Shown piece by piece: positions 63,666 through 64,000 of a stretch of 64,000 nucleotides of DNA. The notes under the pieces were generated by a model that did not search any database, was not told where the DNA came from, and saw only the letters and a list, made by a program, of their open reading frames with translations. A program made the position numbers and the translations under genes. The number at the start of each line of letters is the position of its first letter. The first letter of the stretch is position 1. Origin of the DNA: Shigella phage ESh27; the sequence record ON528737; one strand, 5' to 3'.

Positions 63666-64000
63666 TATTGAGCGACCCTAATTTTCTGAGTTGAAATAAC
63701 TTTAGCTGCCACTCGAAGACCATTTATACGTGAAGAAACTGTCATAGTGGCAAAATTGTTAATTATCGAAAAACTAATATTCGCAATTTCATCTTCTTCG
63801 TTATCATTACCAACGCGCATCACTGCGTATTCGGTTGAAATAACTCTTGAATTAATTGTATCTATTAGAATATTTATTTCGCATGATTTAATTTTTCTGC
63901 CGTTGGCAGATTGGCATGTAACCAAAAGTTTAGCAGCATTATATTCAGTTTTATAAAATAGAGGAATATTGACATAGTCTGAAATAATATTCCATGTCCC
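63665..64000 (-). CDS. 9: Baseplate wedge protein gp9 (long tail fiber connector), 3' part only; start lies beyond window end
   Basis: Minus-strand ORF open to the window edge; position upstream of gene 10 as in T4. Confidence 0.75.
   Translation of the reverse strand, partial: GTWNIISDYVNIPLFYKTEYNAAKLLVTCQSANGRKIKSCEINILIDTINSRVISTEYAVMRVGNDNEEDEIANISFSIINNFATMTVSSRINGLRVAAKVISTQKIRVAQ

Overview
The window is a contiguous stretch of a T4-like (T-even, Tevenvirinae) coliphage genome, in reverse orientation to the canonical T4 map. Calls rest on reading the translated ORFs against remembered T4 protein sequences, lengths and gene order; no database search was possible. Layout: 1-3533 is the 5' part of late gene 34 on the minus strand. 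3653-28877 is an early/middle block on the plus strand (rnh, dsbA, 33, 59, 32, frd, td, nrdA, nrdB, denA, rnlA, alc, spanin pair, pseT, small cd.x-type ORFs, cd, 31, rIII, 30.x-type ORFs, DNA ligase, alt). 28910-35161 holds minus-strand baseplate/tail genes 54, 48, 29, 28, 27, 51, followed by 26, 25, uvsY (plus), uvsW (minus), a GIY-YIG endonuclease (minus), inh, hoc and rnlB (plus). 43564-64000 is the minus-strand structural block 24, 23, 22, 21, 68, 67, 20, 19, 18, 17, 16, 15, 14, 13, wac, 12, 11, 10 and partial 9. No tRNA, rRNA, CRISPR array or integrase was found. Most notable: (1) a class-I DAHP synthase (AroG-like) gene sits between the cd.x ORFs and dCMP deaminase, with its stop overlapping the cd start, and is not a gene I associate with T4; (2) a ~370-bp ORF-poor island lies downstream of rIII; (3) a NADAR/YbiA-like protein plus a HAD-like hydrolase lie upstream of ligase and Alt, a possible counter-defence module; (4) an 89-aa early gene sits between capsid genes 24 and 23 where T4 carries segD; (5) a SegE-like GIY-YIG gene has a late promoter, while td and nrdB are uninterrupted; (6) Hoc has four Ig-like repeats. 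Promoter and terminator coordinates were indexed by hand and may be off by a few bases.
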